The notes beneath the pieces are model-generated. The model worked only from the letters and a program-made list of their open reading frames with translations. It made no database searches and had not been told where the DNA came from. This document shows positions 8,307-18,338 of a stretch of 64,000 nucleotides of DNA, one piece after another. The translations under genes and the position numbers were made by a program. Origin of the DNA: an uncultured Lachnospiraceae bacterium (GTDB taxonomy: Bacteria; Bacillota; Clostridia; Lachnospirales; Lachnospiraceae). Position 1 is the stretch's first letter, and each line of letters starts with the position of its first letter. The stretch covers positions 3,882-67,881 of the forward strand of contig CARUOB010000007.1 in NCBI GenBank assembly GCA_949076555.1, read 5' to 3'.

Positions 8307-9437
8307 TTAAAACAGCCCCTTCACCGTGCGGATGATCGCCTCCATCTCCTCCTCCGTATTCTTGATATCGCTTGGCAGGCAGAGTCCTCTTGCAAAAATA
8401 TCCTCACACACACTTCTGCCGTCCCCGTAGTGGGAAAAGGCGTCATATTCCGCGAAGACAGGCTGTAAATGCATCGGTTTCCAGATCGGTCTGCTCTCCG
8501 CATTGAGCTCCCGCTCCAACACATCCATAACCATATCCGGCGTCACCCCGCTGTCCGCGGCAATGGCCATACCGGAAAGCCAGTTATTGGCCTCCCCATC
8601 CGGATTCATGGGATTCATCTGTATCGCGGGAATATCCGCAAACGCCTCACAGTATCTCCTGTAAATCTCCCTCTTCTTCGCCTTGTGCTCCTCCAGATGC
8701 AAAAGCTGTCCTCTGCCGATGCCCGCCGTCACGTTGCTCATGCGGTAATTATAGCCGATCTCAGAATGCTGGTAATGTCTGGCCGGGTCTCTCGCCTGCG
8801 TCGCCAGAAATGTCACTTTCCTCGCGGCCGCCTCCTCTGCCGAGACAAACATACCGCCTCCCGACGTGGTAATAATCTTGTTTCCGTTAAACGAATAAAT
8901 CCCGTATTTACCGAAAGTGCCTGTATGTTTTCCCCGATAAGTACTGCCAAGGGACTCCGCCGCATCCTCCACAAGCGGCGTGCCGTGCGCCGCACAGATT
9001 TCCATGATCTCGTCGAGCTTCGCGGGCGTGCCATAGAGATGCACGCAGATCACCGCCTTGGGATTCGGATATTTCTCATAAGCTCTCTTTAAGGCTTCCG
9101 GAGACATATTCCACGTATCCGGCTCCGCATCGATAAACACCGGCGCACCGTTCTCATAGACAATCGGGTTGCAGGAAGCGGAAAATGTCAAATCCGATAC
9201 AAAAACCACATCCCCCCGCTTCACATCCAAAAGCCGCAGCGCCATATGAATCGCCGCCGTGCCGGATGACAGCGCAGCCGCGTGGCCGCAGCCCGTATAT
9301 TCCGCCATCTCCTTCTCGAAAGCGTTCACATTCGGTCCCAGAGGCGCCACCCAGTTCGTATCGAAAGCCTCCTGCACAAACGCCTGCTCTTCCCCGTGCA
9401 TGGTGGGGGAAGAAAGATAAATTCTTTTCTTATCCAT
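8307..9437 (-). CDS. DegT/DnrJ/EryC1/StrS sugar aminotransferase (PglE/EpsN/WcfR-like)
   Basis: IYLSSPTM, NWVAPLGPNV, SSGTAAIH, EDAAESLG, SFNGNKIITTSGGG (PLP lysine), GYNYRMSN. Confidence 0.93.
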   Translation of the reverse strand: MDKKRIYLSSPTMHGEEQAFVQEAFDTNWVAPLGPNVNAFEKEMAEYTGCGHAAALSSGTAAIHMALRLLDVKRGDVVFVSDLTFSASCNPIVYENGAPVFIDAEPDTWNMSPEALKRAYEKYPNPKAVICVHLYGTPAKLDEIMEICAAHGTPLVEDAAESLGSTYRGKHTGTFGKYGIYSFNGNKIITTSGGGMFVSAEEAAARKVTFLATQARDPARHYQHSEIGYNYRMSNVTAGIGRGQLLHLEEHKAKKREIYRRYCEAFADIPAIQMNPMNPDGEANNWLSGMAIAADSGVTPDMVMDVLERELNAESRPIWKPMHLQPVFAEYDAFSHYGDGRSVCEDIFARGLCLPSDIKNTEEEMEAIIRTVKGLF

Positions 9438-9463
9438 GATTCTGATCCTCCCTGGTATTCTAC

Positions 9464-9620
9464 GCTCTGGCTACGCCCATTCGCAAAACCGCATCTTCGA
9501 TGCTTCCCCGCCGCTTCGCTGCTCATTTTGCTCATAGACGGGCGCTCCCTCAGAGCATCACATGTCTGCCAAATTCATGCAAGCATGATTTGTCCGACCT
9601 ATGACGCTCTGGCTGAGCTG
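9464..9620. repeat. Structured repeat, family 2, copy 1
   Basis: About 155 bp that align end to end with 43835..43988; multi-stem fold. It abuts the stop codon of the upstream dehydratase. Confidence 0.85.
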
Positions 9621-9621
9621 T

Positions 9622-11487
9622 TTAACTATAATGATAAGTCGGCACAATCTCCTGAATCAGCGGTCTGATATCCGAGCTCTCAATCTGACACTCATCCTTC
9701 AGCGCCTTTAACTGCGCAAAAAACTCGTACTCATCCAACTCGATCGGCTTACCAATATGAATCATGCGGTTCGCCGTATCCTTCATGCCCTCTTCGTCCA
9801 TCAAAAGCTCCTCGTAGAGCTTTTCTCCCGGGCGCAGACCGGTAAACGCAATCTTGATATCCTCACCCACGCGGTATCCCGAAAGTTTTATCAGATTTTC
9901 CGCCAGAGACAGGATTTTGACAGGTTCCCCCATATCAAGAACGAAAATTTCTCCGCCCTTTGCGTATGCGCCCGCCTGCAGAACAAGGGACACCGCCTCG
10001 GGTATGGTCATAAAATAACGTATGATATCCGGGTGCGTCACCGTGACCGGGCCGCCAGCCGCAATCTGCTTGCGGAAGAGCGGAATCACACTGCCGTTGC
10101 TGCCAAGCACATTGCCGAAGCGCACCGCCACAAACTCCGTCTCGTAATGCTTGTCAAAGGTCTGGATAATCATTTCGCAGATCCGTTTGCTGGCTCCCAT
10201 GATATTCGTTGGGTTCACCGCCTTGTCGGTGGAAATCATGACAAACCGCTGCACACCGCTCATGGCCGCCGCCTGCGCCGTCTTAAAGGTGCCAAACACA
10301 TTGTTCTTAATCGCCTCGGTAGGGCTGTCCTCCATCAGCGGCACGTGCTTGTGGGCCGCCGCATGATATACGATATCCGGCTTATACGTCGAAAAAATAA
10401 AGTTCATCCGGTTGGTGTTTCGCACGGAGGCGATGAGCACCACCAGATTTAACTCCGGATATTTTCGCTTCAACTCCTGCTGCACATCATATACCGAGTT
10501 CTCATAGATATCCACAATGATCAGTTGTTTCGGTCTGTGGGTTGCAATCTGCCTGCAAAGCTCGCTGCCGATGGAACCGCCGCCTCCGGTGACAAGCACG
10601 GTTTTTCCCTGCACGTAGCCGAGAATGGAGTCCAAGTCAACGCTGATCGGATCTCTGCCGAGCAGATCCTCCAGCTCCACATCCCGCAGCTTGCTCACAT
10701 TGACTTCCCCGTTTACGAGCTGGTACATACCGGGAAGGGAGCGCAGCTTACAGTTCGTATCCTTACAGATTTCCAAAATTTCACGGATCTCCGTCCGCGG
10801 CGCGGAGGGCATCGCCACAATGATCTCGTCCACATCATAGATATCCGCGCACTCTACGATCTTGTCCCGGCCGCCTGCGACTTTGATACCCTGAATATAT
10901 TTCCCCCATTTTCCCTTGTCGTCATCGATGATGCACTTGATGACCATGGTAGAAAAATTGCTGTTTACAATCTCCTTGATAATCAGATTGGCCGCCTCGC
11001 CCGCGCCGATCACCATAACCGAAATCAGATTCTTCTTGTTCTGCTGCTTATGCTTTAATCCGCGGAAAAAACGATAGGAAAAACGGCTCGCAAAGATACA
11101 GACCACCAGAATGGCCATATAAGCGGGATAATAGCTTCTTGGCACCGCCCGGGTCGTCACCTTAAAAAACTGCAGTCCCACACCGTCCGCCAGCATGGAC
11201 AGCACACAGGCCACCACGATATTCTGCAGCTCCGTCTCCCCCGCGAATGCCCACAGACTGCTATAGAGACGCATCAGATAAAAAATAACCAATGTTAAGA
11301 GAATATTGATCGGTATAAAGCGCTCTATGGGCTGCATGAAGTGCCGCGGAATTTCATCCAGGTGAAAGTCATAACGCCACAAAATCGCCACATAGCTTGC
11401 CAGCACAATACTGATAATATCATATATGATCAGGCATGTCCGTCTGTAAAACAATTTTGCGTTAAAAGGTTTTCTCGTTTTTTCCAT
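9622..11487 (-). CDS. Membrane-anchored UDP-GlcNAc 4,6-dehydratase (PglF/CapD/EpsC-like)
   Basis: 4 N-terminal TMs, IGAGEA, EDLLGR, TGGGGSIGSEL, HAAAHKHVPLME, STDKAVNPTNIMGASKR, GLRPGEKLYEEL. Confidence 0.95.
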   Translation of the reverse strand: MEKTRKPFNAKLFYRRTCLIIYDIISIVLASYVAILWRYDFHLDEIPRHFMQPIERFIPINILLTLVIFYLMRLYSSLWAFAGETELQNIVVACVLSMLADGVGLQFFKVTTRAVPRSYYPAYMAILVVCIFASRFSYRFFRGLKHKQQNKKNLISVMVIGAGEAANLIIKEIVNSNFSTMVIKCIIDDDKGKWGKYIQGIKVAGGRDKIVECADIYDVDEIIVAMPSAPRTEIREILEICKDTNCKLRSLPGMYQLVNGEVNVSKLRDVELEDLLGRDPISVDLDSILGYVQGKTVLVTGGGGSIGSELCRQIATHRPKQLIIVDIYENSVYDVQQELKRKYPELNLVVLIASVRNTNRMNFIFSTYKPDIVYHAAAHKHVPLMEDSPTEAIKNNVFGTFKTAQAAAMSGVQRFVMISTDKAVNPTNIMGASKRICEMIIQTFDKHYETEFVAVRFGNVLGSNGSVIPLFRKQIAAGGPVTVTHPDIIRYFMTIPEAVSLVLQAGAYAKGGEIFVLDMGEPVKILSLAENLIKLSGYRVGEDIKIAFTGLRPGEKLYEELLMDEEGMKDTANRMIHIGKPIELDEYEFFAQLKALKDECQIESSDIRPLIQEIVPTYHYS

Positions 11488-11634
11488 AGTATTATCCGTT
11501 TTCTTATGCTTCTTCGAAACTGTTCCGTACTTTCACAGTTCCGGTGCAGAATCCATTTCAATTTTTTCGGTAGTGGTATGCTGCACCTTCGTATCATGTT
11601 CTTACGGTCTCAGCCGTAAATGCTTCGACCTGTA

Positions 11635-13989
11635 TTATACACTTTCTTCTGCCACATCCGCTCGTATATCCACAAGCAAAGGCCCCATCGCAAGAAGCAG
11701 ACAGTACGCGATCGGACAGCAGGGATGAAAAATCCACTCCGTCAGCCCGGCCACTGCAAAGAGCAGCAAAAGCGCTAGCGGAAACAGGGCGCACTCCCTG
11801 TCCTCCCTGTGCCGCCGGTAATAGATAACCGCCTGCACAAACGTCCCTATTCCAAGCAGCAAAAACACGCCGCCCACGAAAATGCCGTGGTCATAAGCCA
11901 CTTGCAGATAAATATTGTGCGCGTGGGCCAGATAGTTGCCGTCAGGCTCCATAACGCCCATATCATCGTGTCCATCCTTGTTTAGTCTCTCGTAATACCG
12001 TTCGAATATATATAATCTTCCGTTTGTATAGGACTCTTCTTCCTCAGACTCCGCCGCGGACGCCATATCCTCCGCGGACGCAAGCAGTATTTTCCCCCCG
12101 TTTTCCAGATAGGGACTTCTGTACTCGGACTCCCCGTCCGCCTTGCTGAAATAGAGAAAGGCGTTCAGACATTTTTCCTGCGGGATTCCCAGCACCTTCA
12201 TTTGAAACGTCTGGATAAAACGCTCCACGGTGATATAGTAATAGGAATCCATATCCCTGCCGTGCACAAGTTCCGAGGGAAACTCCTCGATCTCGTGCGC
12301 CTCTATGTCGGCAGCCACCGCGGGAACCGTTCTCTGCGCCGTAAACATCACGGGAAAACTGATGAGAACGGAGAGTATCATCAGCCCCATTCCCCGCAAA
12401 AAGCGAATCAACTTCACAAGCGCCGCGCACACCACCAAAGCCAGATATACCGCGGAAATCGTCACCGTATGGAAATGGAACGGATAGCGGTAATACTGAA
12501 AATACATATAAGGTCTGTGCAGCAGACAGTAGCCCACCGTCAGAACAAAATGCAGCAATATGCCGTTTACTATATTATGCAGCAAAACCGTTCGTTTTAC
12601 GCCTGAAGCCATCCGCAGATAGTAAAGCGCAAAACAGCAGACGAGAAAAATAGGCCAGCCTCTCGTATTCCGATACAGGATAAGCAAAGCAAAAAACACG
12701 CCGACAAGAATGCCGTAAGGCACGGAAACTCTTTTTATCTGCCACGTAAAGAGGAGCCTCAGTGTATTCAGTATCACGATACCCGAAACGACTGCCGCCC
12801 AGACCGTAAGCTGCAGCGCCTTAATCTCCAGCTCGCCCGGCTCCACCAGCCCCGCCGCCACGCTCTTCTCCACAAGGGCCGCCAGCGCATCCCGATAATA
12901 CATCGGTGCAATCAGCACCGCCACCACGCCGTACATGAGATGATACCAGTTGAAAATCTCCTTTTTACTGTAAGTCACAATCAAAGCAAGCGCAAAGAAG
13001 ATAAGCACCTGCCTGTACGCCACCGTATGATGAATCTCATAGAGCGCGTTCATATAATTGCAGCATCCCCAGATCGCTCCGGCAAACATCACAGACTGCA
13101 GATCATCCCGCCATCTCTCCCGAAGCACTGCAAAAGGCAGCCTGTCCGAAGCAAGCCCGGTTCTGTCATGATTCACTGCATAAAATGCCGCAGCAGCCGC
13201 AAAAACAACCCCTGTCTCATAAAACAGGATAGAATAAATATCTGTCGTAAAAAGATGGCACGGCCCGATCGCCACAAACGCTGCAACAGCCGAAACCGCA
13301 ATGAGCGGATTTAAGGTAAAGCGCATGGCCCGCTCCACCGTAAGCAGGGTGTTCCGCTCAGGATACTTCTTATAATAGCGCGCGGTAAGAAAGGAAGTAA
13401 GCACACCCGCGAGCAAAAAAGCCGCAAACAGGACAAGCGTCTTCCCCTTCCTCAAGGGCACTTCATAGACATAGTCCGCGACCATGCACCGCTCCGTGTC
13501 CTCCACATCGTCATAATAGAGGGCGCCGATATACATATTGGTATTTTCTCCCGCGTTATCGGCGTAAGCCACATGAAATTCGGATTCCACTCCCTGCAGC
13601 AAAAGATAGTAATCACGGCCCACTTCCGTGTCAATGTTTATCTGTACACGACAATAGCCGGGAATTGTCTCCATATCCCCGGTATCGATGATCTGCTGCA
13701 TGAGTGTCCGCATGGAAGCGTCCTGCAGCACAAAATTGAACTTTTCCCCTCTTGTCCAGTCAGCCAGATAGATCTCGATCTCTTTCAGCCTGTCATACTG
13801 GGCGATAAACCTCTGCTGCACCACGTCATCCGCGTTGACCGCCCCGGAGACAACCATCTGCTGTCTGCCGCTCGCAGCCCGCACTTCCTCGTGAATCAGC
13901 CGAAGAGGCCAAAGTATCAGCGCCGCGCATATTGCCAATATCCAGACCGTGCCGCAAATGGCCTGCTTTTTATTTAAAATTCGGTTCAT
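11635..13989 (-). CDS. O-antigen ligase / O-oligosaccharyltransferase-like membrane protein with an N-terminal extracellular domain
   Basis: Many TMs; C-terminal YTNGRLYIF, HAHNIYLQVAYDHGIFVG and GLTEW motifs of the Wzy_C/WaaL family. Confidence 0.7.
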   Translation of the reverse strand: MNRILNKKQAICGTVWILAICAALILWPLRLIHEEVRAASGRQQMVVSGAVNADDVVQQRFIAQYDRLKEIEIYLADWTRGEKFNFVLQDASMRTLMQQIIDTGDMETIPGYCRVQINIDTEVGRDYYLLLQGVESEFHVAYADNAGENTNMYIGALYYDDVEDTERCMVADYVYEVPLRKGKTLVLFAAFLLAGVLTSFLTARYYKKYPERNTLLTVERAMRFTLNPLIAVSAVAAFVAIGPCHLFTTDIYSILFYETGVVFAAAAAFYAVNHDRTGLASDRLPFAVLRERWRDDLQSVMFAGAIWGCCNYMNALYEIHHTVAYRQVLIFFALALIVTYSKKEIFNWYHLMYGVVAVLIAPMYYRDALAALVEKSVAAGLVEPGELEIKALQLTVWAAVVSGIVILNTLRLLFTWQIKRVSVPYGILVGVFFALLILYRNTRGWPIFLVCCFALYYLRMASGVKRTVLLHNIVNGILLHFVLTVGYCLLHRPYMYFQYYRYPFHFHTVTISAVYLALVVCAALVKLIRFLRGMGLMILSVLISFPVMFTAQRTVPAVAADIEAHEIEEFPSELVHGRDMDSYYYITVERFIQTFQMKVLGIPQEKCLNAFLYFSKADGESEYRSPYLENGGKILLASAEDMASAAESEEEESYTNGRLYIFERYYERLNKDGHDDMGVMEPDGNYLAHAHNIYLQVAYDHGIFVGGVFLLLGIGTFVQAVIYYRRHREDRECALFPLALLLLFAVAGLTEWIFHPCCPIAYCLLLAMGPLLVDIRADVAEESV

Positions 13990-14032
13990 AAATGCTCTCT
14001 CCCGCAGTTAGTGTACCACGTTTTGGGTGTTT

Positions 14033-14983
14033 TTACAAATCAAGTCCCTTCGCCTCATCACACCCCAGAATCATATTCATACATTGGATGGCCGCGCCGG
14101 ACGCGCCTTTCCCCAAATTATCGAACTGCGAGGATACCACAATGCGTTCCTCGTTCCCCGTCGCATAAATCTTCAGCCCGTCCCATCCTGACAGCCCGTT
14201 TCCTGACAGAAATCCACTGGCCGCAGTCTCGTCATCCGAAGCGCTCACTTTGATAAACCGCTGGTTCTCATAATATTGTGCGTAAAAATGCAGCAATGAT
14301 TCAGGTGTCTCCTTCTTTGTCAGCATATCCGCATAGAGCTGCACGGAAACTACCATACCGCTGTAATAGTCATCAATGATCGGAGAAAATAAGGGCGTGC
14401 GCGTAAGCCCCGTGATTTTCTGCATCTCTTTTAAATGCTTGTGCTGCTGCGTCAGTGCGTATTCTCTTCCCGCCGACAGCTCTTTGGGCCTGTCCGCACT
14501 CTCATAAGCCGCTATCACTTTCTTTCCGGCTCCGCTGTAGCCGGAAATCGCGAAGCTGCTTACCGGATAATCTTTGGGAAGAATCCCTCCCGCGACTAAC
14601 GGATACACCAGCGAGATAAACCCGGTGGCATAGCACCCCGGAACCGCGACCCGCTTTCCCTCCTTGATGGCGGACCTATGAGCGGCCGATAACTCCGGGA
14701 AACCATAAGCCCATCCTTCCTCCGTCCGGTGCGCCGTGGATGTGTCGATGATTACCGTATCCGCCTTTTCCGCCAGCATGACGGATTCCCTCGCCGCCGC
14801 ATCCGGCAGACACAGGAATGCGATATCCGCGGCATGAATCATTTTCTTTCTCTCCTCCGGGTCTTTCCTGCGCTCCGGACTGATGTGCAAAAGCTCTATA
14901 TCGTCACGTTTTTGAAAACGCTCGTTAATTCTTAATCCTGTCGTTCCTTCGCTTCCGTCAATAAACACTTTCGTCTTCATCAA
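14033..14983 (-). CDS. argC: N-acetyl-gamma-glutamyl-phosphate reductase (type 2)
   Basis: KVFIDGSEGTTGL, FLCLPD, STAHR, WAYGFPEL, PGCYATG, SGYSGAGK, FDNLGKGASGAAIQCMN. Confidence 0.95.
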   Translation of the reverse strand: MMKTKVFIDGSEGTTGLRINERFQKRDDIELLHISPERRKDPEERKKMIHAADIAFLCLPDAAARESVMLAEKADTVIIDTSTAHRTEEGWAYGFPELSAAHRSAIKEGKRVAVPGCYATGFISLVYPLVAGGILPKDYPVSSFAISGYSGAGKKVIAAYESADRPKELSAGREYALTQQHKHLKEMQKITGLTRTPLFSPIIDDYYSGMVVSVQLYADMLTKKETPESLLHFYAQYYENQRFIKVSASDDETAASGFLSGNGLSGWDGLKIYATGNEERIVVSSQFDNLGKGASGAAIQCMNMILGCDEAKGLDL

Positions 14984-15019
14984 ATATGCGTTTCCTTTCC
15001 ATTAAAAGTATATTTGTAA

Positions 15020-15048
15020 ATTTTACATCGTACCCGCCCATAAATCAA
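15020..15048 (-). promoter_or_regulatory. Putative sigma-A promoter for argC
   Basis: Minus strand TTGATT-17 nt-TAAAAT. Confidence 0.55.
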
Positions 15049-15107
15049 CACAATATATTGACGCGATTTTGTTCTATATTTGTAACAGTTCAACCATATT
15101 GGCTCCC

Positions 15108-16760
15108 TTATTCCTTTCCGGCACGCATACCCATCTGCGCCACCGCCAAAAACAATGGCAGCGCATACCAAAAAAACAGCACATATCTGGGCAGATAAGT
15201 GGGCCCCAGAAGCACCGTAAGCCAGATAAGGAAAATCGGCAAAAAGGGATACAGCAATTCATATCGCCTGTTATTCAACAGCCACGCAAACAGGAACGCA
15301 TAGATCCAGAACATGGCTCCCGGGGAAAACAGCCACGAAACAATCGGCACCTTCTCCTTCCAGACTTCCAATGACAGCTTCCGGTACACTTCGTCGAGCC
15401 ACGGGATTTTGCTCTCCCTGACGCCCGGCAGTTCCACCTCGTAGCCGAAATAGGAATTATCTTTATAGGTAAAGGTAAAAACCGTATTTCCTCCGTACAC
15501 GTTAATTACCGTGTCAGGATACCAGAATCCGTACGATGTCATCCACCATGCATTCAGATAAATCAAGGGTTTTTTCATGCCGACACGCAGCCATAGCCCT
15601 GCATATTTCCCCTTATCCCGCGCGAAAGCCTCATTGTCAAAACGATATTTTACCGGGTCGGAAAGCCTCGGTGTATACAGGGAAAGCGCCTCCTCGCTCA
15701 AGACCTCGTGGAGCGTTTCAAGATCCGCTTCGGAAAAAACCTCCGGCGCATACTGATAGGTTCTGGCAAGCTGTTGGATCGGCACGGTCAAAAGCTCCTG
15801 ATATTCGGAGTCGTCCGCGTGGAGCGCCGCTTTCAGGCCGCCGTTCACAAGCATACACCCTGCCACCGCGCAAACTGCCAGAAGAAGCAGACGCCCCCGC
15901 CCCTTTTTCTGCAAAATAAACAGAAAGGGAATCATCACCAGAAAGGCGTAAAACCCATTGTTGCGAAGAAGCATCATACCCATCCCGCTGACCACAAAGA
16001 GAACCTGCCAGCCCTTTTTCTCAAAAAATGCCTCCCCCGTTCCCATCTCCAGCAGGCAGACGAGCAAAAGCAGCAGGGCAAGCGTAAACAGCGCGTCCTT
16101 GGCAGAGCAGAGCGTAAACATCACCACAGTCGGGAACAGTCCCAGCCATACAAGGCCTGTCAGCCGCAAAACGCGGGGCACTCTTTTTTTTCGAAGATAG
16201 GAGAACAGAAACGTGAAAACGCCCGCCGCCAGAACCATCTGAAAAACCATGTAGCAGGCGATACCCAGATTATAGGAACCCGTCAATTTATGAACGCCAC
16301 AGATCATTCCGCCAAGGAGCAGCACATGCACAAGCGGATGATGCGTAGAAAAGACCCTAGTGGCCACCTGTATATATTCATCCTGCGCGTCGTATACAAA
16401 GAATCCCGGATATACCGCCAAAAACACAGGCAGCCAGCACAAAAGAAGAAAAAGGAAGGAAAGGACGTCCGCATATCTGCCCGCCCTTTCAGTAACACTT
16501 GTTATTGTTTGGGATGGTTTTCTTCCTGCCCTGCGCTCCCTCTTTCCCAGCGAATCAATCAGCCGCCACAAGAGGCGCACCATCCCCGTAAACAGGATGC
16601 CAAGCGTCACCAGCAAAAGCCATAACGTCACATCCTTTATATCCACATTCTCCACGCTGTCAAGCCGCGCGCCAAACAGTACCGCCGCCGAAAACAAAAA
16701 GGAAAAAACGCCCGCAATCAGAAGACTTCTGCTTTCGCTCTTTTTTTTGTCACTTTGCAT
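15108..16760 (-). CDS. Multi-pass membrane protein, DUF6020-like, probable GT-C glycosyltransferase
   Basis: YPGFFVYDAQDEY, STHHPLVH, KDALF, LRNNG, VPIQQLAR, PRY motifs. Start is uncertain (16760-16775). Confidence 0.7.
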   Translation of the reverse strand: MQSDKKKSESRSLLIAGVFSFLFSAAVLFGARLDSVENVDIKDVTLWLLLVTLGILFTGMVRLLWRLIDSLGKRERRAGRKPSQTITSVTERAGRYADVLSFLFLLLCWLPVFLAVYPGFFVYDAQDEYIQVATRVFSTHHPLVHVLLLGGMICGVHKLTGSYNLGIACYMVFQMVLAAGVFTFLFSYLRKKRVPRVLRLTGLVWLGLFPTVVMFTLCSAKDALFTLALLLLLVCLLEMGTGEAFFEKKGWQVLFVVSGMGMMLLRNNGFYAFLVMIPFLFILQKKGRGRLLLLAVCAVAGCMLVNGGLKAALHADDSEYQELLTVPIQQLARTYQYAPEVFSEADLETLHEVLSEEALSLYTPRLSDPVKYRFDNEAFARDKGKYAGLWLRVGMKKPLIYLNAWWMTSYGFWYPDTVINVYGGNTVFTFTYKDNSYFGYEVELPGVRESKIPWLDEVYRKLSLEVWKEKVPIVSWLFSPGAMFWIYAFLFAWLLNNRRYELLYPFLPIFLIWLTVLLGPTYLPRYVLFFWYALPLFLAVAQMGMRAGKE

Positions 16761-17691
16761 CTCTCTCATCCACACACTCTCTGATCACATACTGGGGGGA
16801 ATTGTTCATGGAAATATAAATCCGCCCGATGTACTCACCGATAATCCCCAGCATCAGAAGAATCAACCCGCAGAAAAATACGATCGACGCCATCAGCGCG
16901 CTGAAACCAACCGGCACTGCCGGGTTTAAAAACTTTTTTGCCACCGTATAAATGCCGTAAAGAAATCCGCAGCAGGCGGAGACTATCCCGATCACCGTGG
17001 CAATCCGCAAAGGCTTTACACTGAAAGCCGTGAACCCGTTAAACCACAGCCCCAAGAGCTTTCCAATCGTATAACCGGAAGTCCCGATCTCACGCTCTCT
17101 GTGGGTCACTTCCACATTTGCGATTTTTTTCGTGGCGCGGAGCACCAGCCCGATCACATAGGGATAGGGGTTTTCATAGCGGACTAACTCCTTCGCGATA
17201 AACCCTCTCATGGCGAAATAACTGGAAATATAGAGTTCCTTGGGCTTACCCAGCATAACTCTGGTCATCAGCTCATTGACTTTGCTTCCGAAGTTCCGAA
17301 AAGCCGAGTGCTGTTTCTGCGCATATTTCGCATAAACCACATCATAACCTTCTTCCAGTTTCGCAAGCAGTTTTCCGACTTCCTCCGCGGGCGTCTGCCC
17401 GTCGTCATCCAGACAGACCACCACCTCGCCGCGCACATGGCGAAATCCCGCCATAAGGGCTGCGTGCTGTCCGAAATTTCTGGCCAGATTCACACCGCAG
17501 ATATCCCCCCGCCCCGCGCACAATCCGCGGATTACATCGAAGGTATTGTCCGGTGAAGCGTCATTGACAAGCACTATCTCATACGCATACCCGGGCTGCT
17601 CCTTCATCGCCCTATCAATCTCTTCCACCACCCTGCCAACGGTCTGCGCCGACCGGTAGCAGGGAATCACAAAACTGACCAACTGCTTCAT
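16750..17691 (-). CDS. Polyprenol-phosphate glycosyltransferase, GT2 (ArnC/GtrB-like)
   Basis: VIPCY, VNDASPD, RNFGQHAALMAG, LDDDGQTP, two C-terminal TMs, GIIGEYIGRIY. ATGA overlap with the GNAT gene. Confidence 0.92.
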   Translation of the reverse strand: MKQLVSFVIPCYRSAQTVGRVVEEIDRAMKEQPGYAYEIVLVNDASPDNTFDVIRGLCAGRGDICGVNLARNFGQHAALMAGFRHVRGEVVVCLDDDGQTPAEEVGKLLAKLEEGYDVVYAKYAQKQHSAFRNFGSKVNELMTRVMLGKPKELYISSYFAMRGFIAKELVRYENPYPYVIGLVLRATKKIANVEVTHREREIGTSGYTIGKLLGLWFNGFTAFSVKPLRIATVIGIVSACCGFLYGIYTVAKKFLNPAVPVGFSALMASIVFFCGLILLMLGIIGEYIGRIYISMNNSPQYVIRECVDERDAK

Positions 17692-18338
17692 CTTTTCTCC
17701 GTTCCGAGGCGTTTTCTTCTCTCCCACGCGCTGCGCTCTGTCTCCATAAAGAAAACCTCTCTTTCCCCCTGTTCCAGACTGACCGTTTCGCGCCTGTCCT
17801 CTATCAGGCAAAATCCCGCTTTCTCATAGCTTTTCCATGCCCCCGCATTGCCCTCCACAAAGCGCAGAAATATTTTTTTCAATTCCAGTTTCTCAAATCC
17901 ATATGCCAGTATCAGCTTCGCCGCCGCCGTGCCGTACCCTCTGCCAAGCGCATCCTCCTCACCGATGAAAACGCCGTACTCGGCCGTCCCCGTCTCCCTG
18001 TCAATGTCCCGCAGATAGACGCTGCCGATTTCCCTGCAGACCCTTGCTTCCTCCGATTCACACGTCTTTTCCGTACAGGTTTTCACATGTTCCGCTTCAC
18101 GCTTCTGCGCGTTACCGTTCTTTTCCCGCGGACAATCCTGAGAAGCCGTCAGACAAATGATAAACTGCGCCACATGGCCCGGCTCCACCTGCTCATGAAA
18201 CCACGCCATATGGCTTTCCTCCGTAAACGGTTTCTGGTAAATAAAATTTTTTCTCACGAACTCTTTGTTGCGCCATGCCACGATCTTCGCCGTATCCGCC
18301 GCTGTGATCGGCCTCAGATGCACCTTTTCTGCGATCAT
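17688..18338 (-). CDS. GNAT N-acetyltransferase (PseH/RimL-like); probable amino-sugar N-acetyltransferase
   Basis: LRP...D...IVAWRN..VR, EESHMAWF, GRGYGT acetyl-CoA motif, N..A...YEKAGF. Confidence 0.85.
   Translation of the reverse strand: MIAEKVHLRPITAADTAKIVAWRNKEFVRKNFIYQKPFTEESHMAWFHEQVEPGHVAQFIICLTASQDCPREKNGNAQKREAEHVKTCTEKTCESEEARVCREIGSVYLRDIDRETGTAEYGVFIGEEDALGRGYGTAAAKLILAYGFEKLELKKIFLRFVEGNAGAWKSYEKAGFCLIEDRRETVSLEQGEREVFFMETERSAWERRKRLGTEKR

Noticed and set aside
9464..9620. tRNA-like cloverleaf (contains TTCGA)
   Set aside because: There is no proper D arm, anticodon arm or acceptor/CCA end, and the length and paralogy fit a repeat.
16741..16748. Homopolymer runs (T8/A8 here and near 16184, 22922, 28389, 57841) as phase-variation switches
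   Set aside because: Runs of 8 or fewer A/T are common, all genes are in frame, and no long G/C tracts or SSRs were seen.
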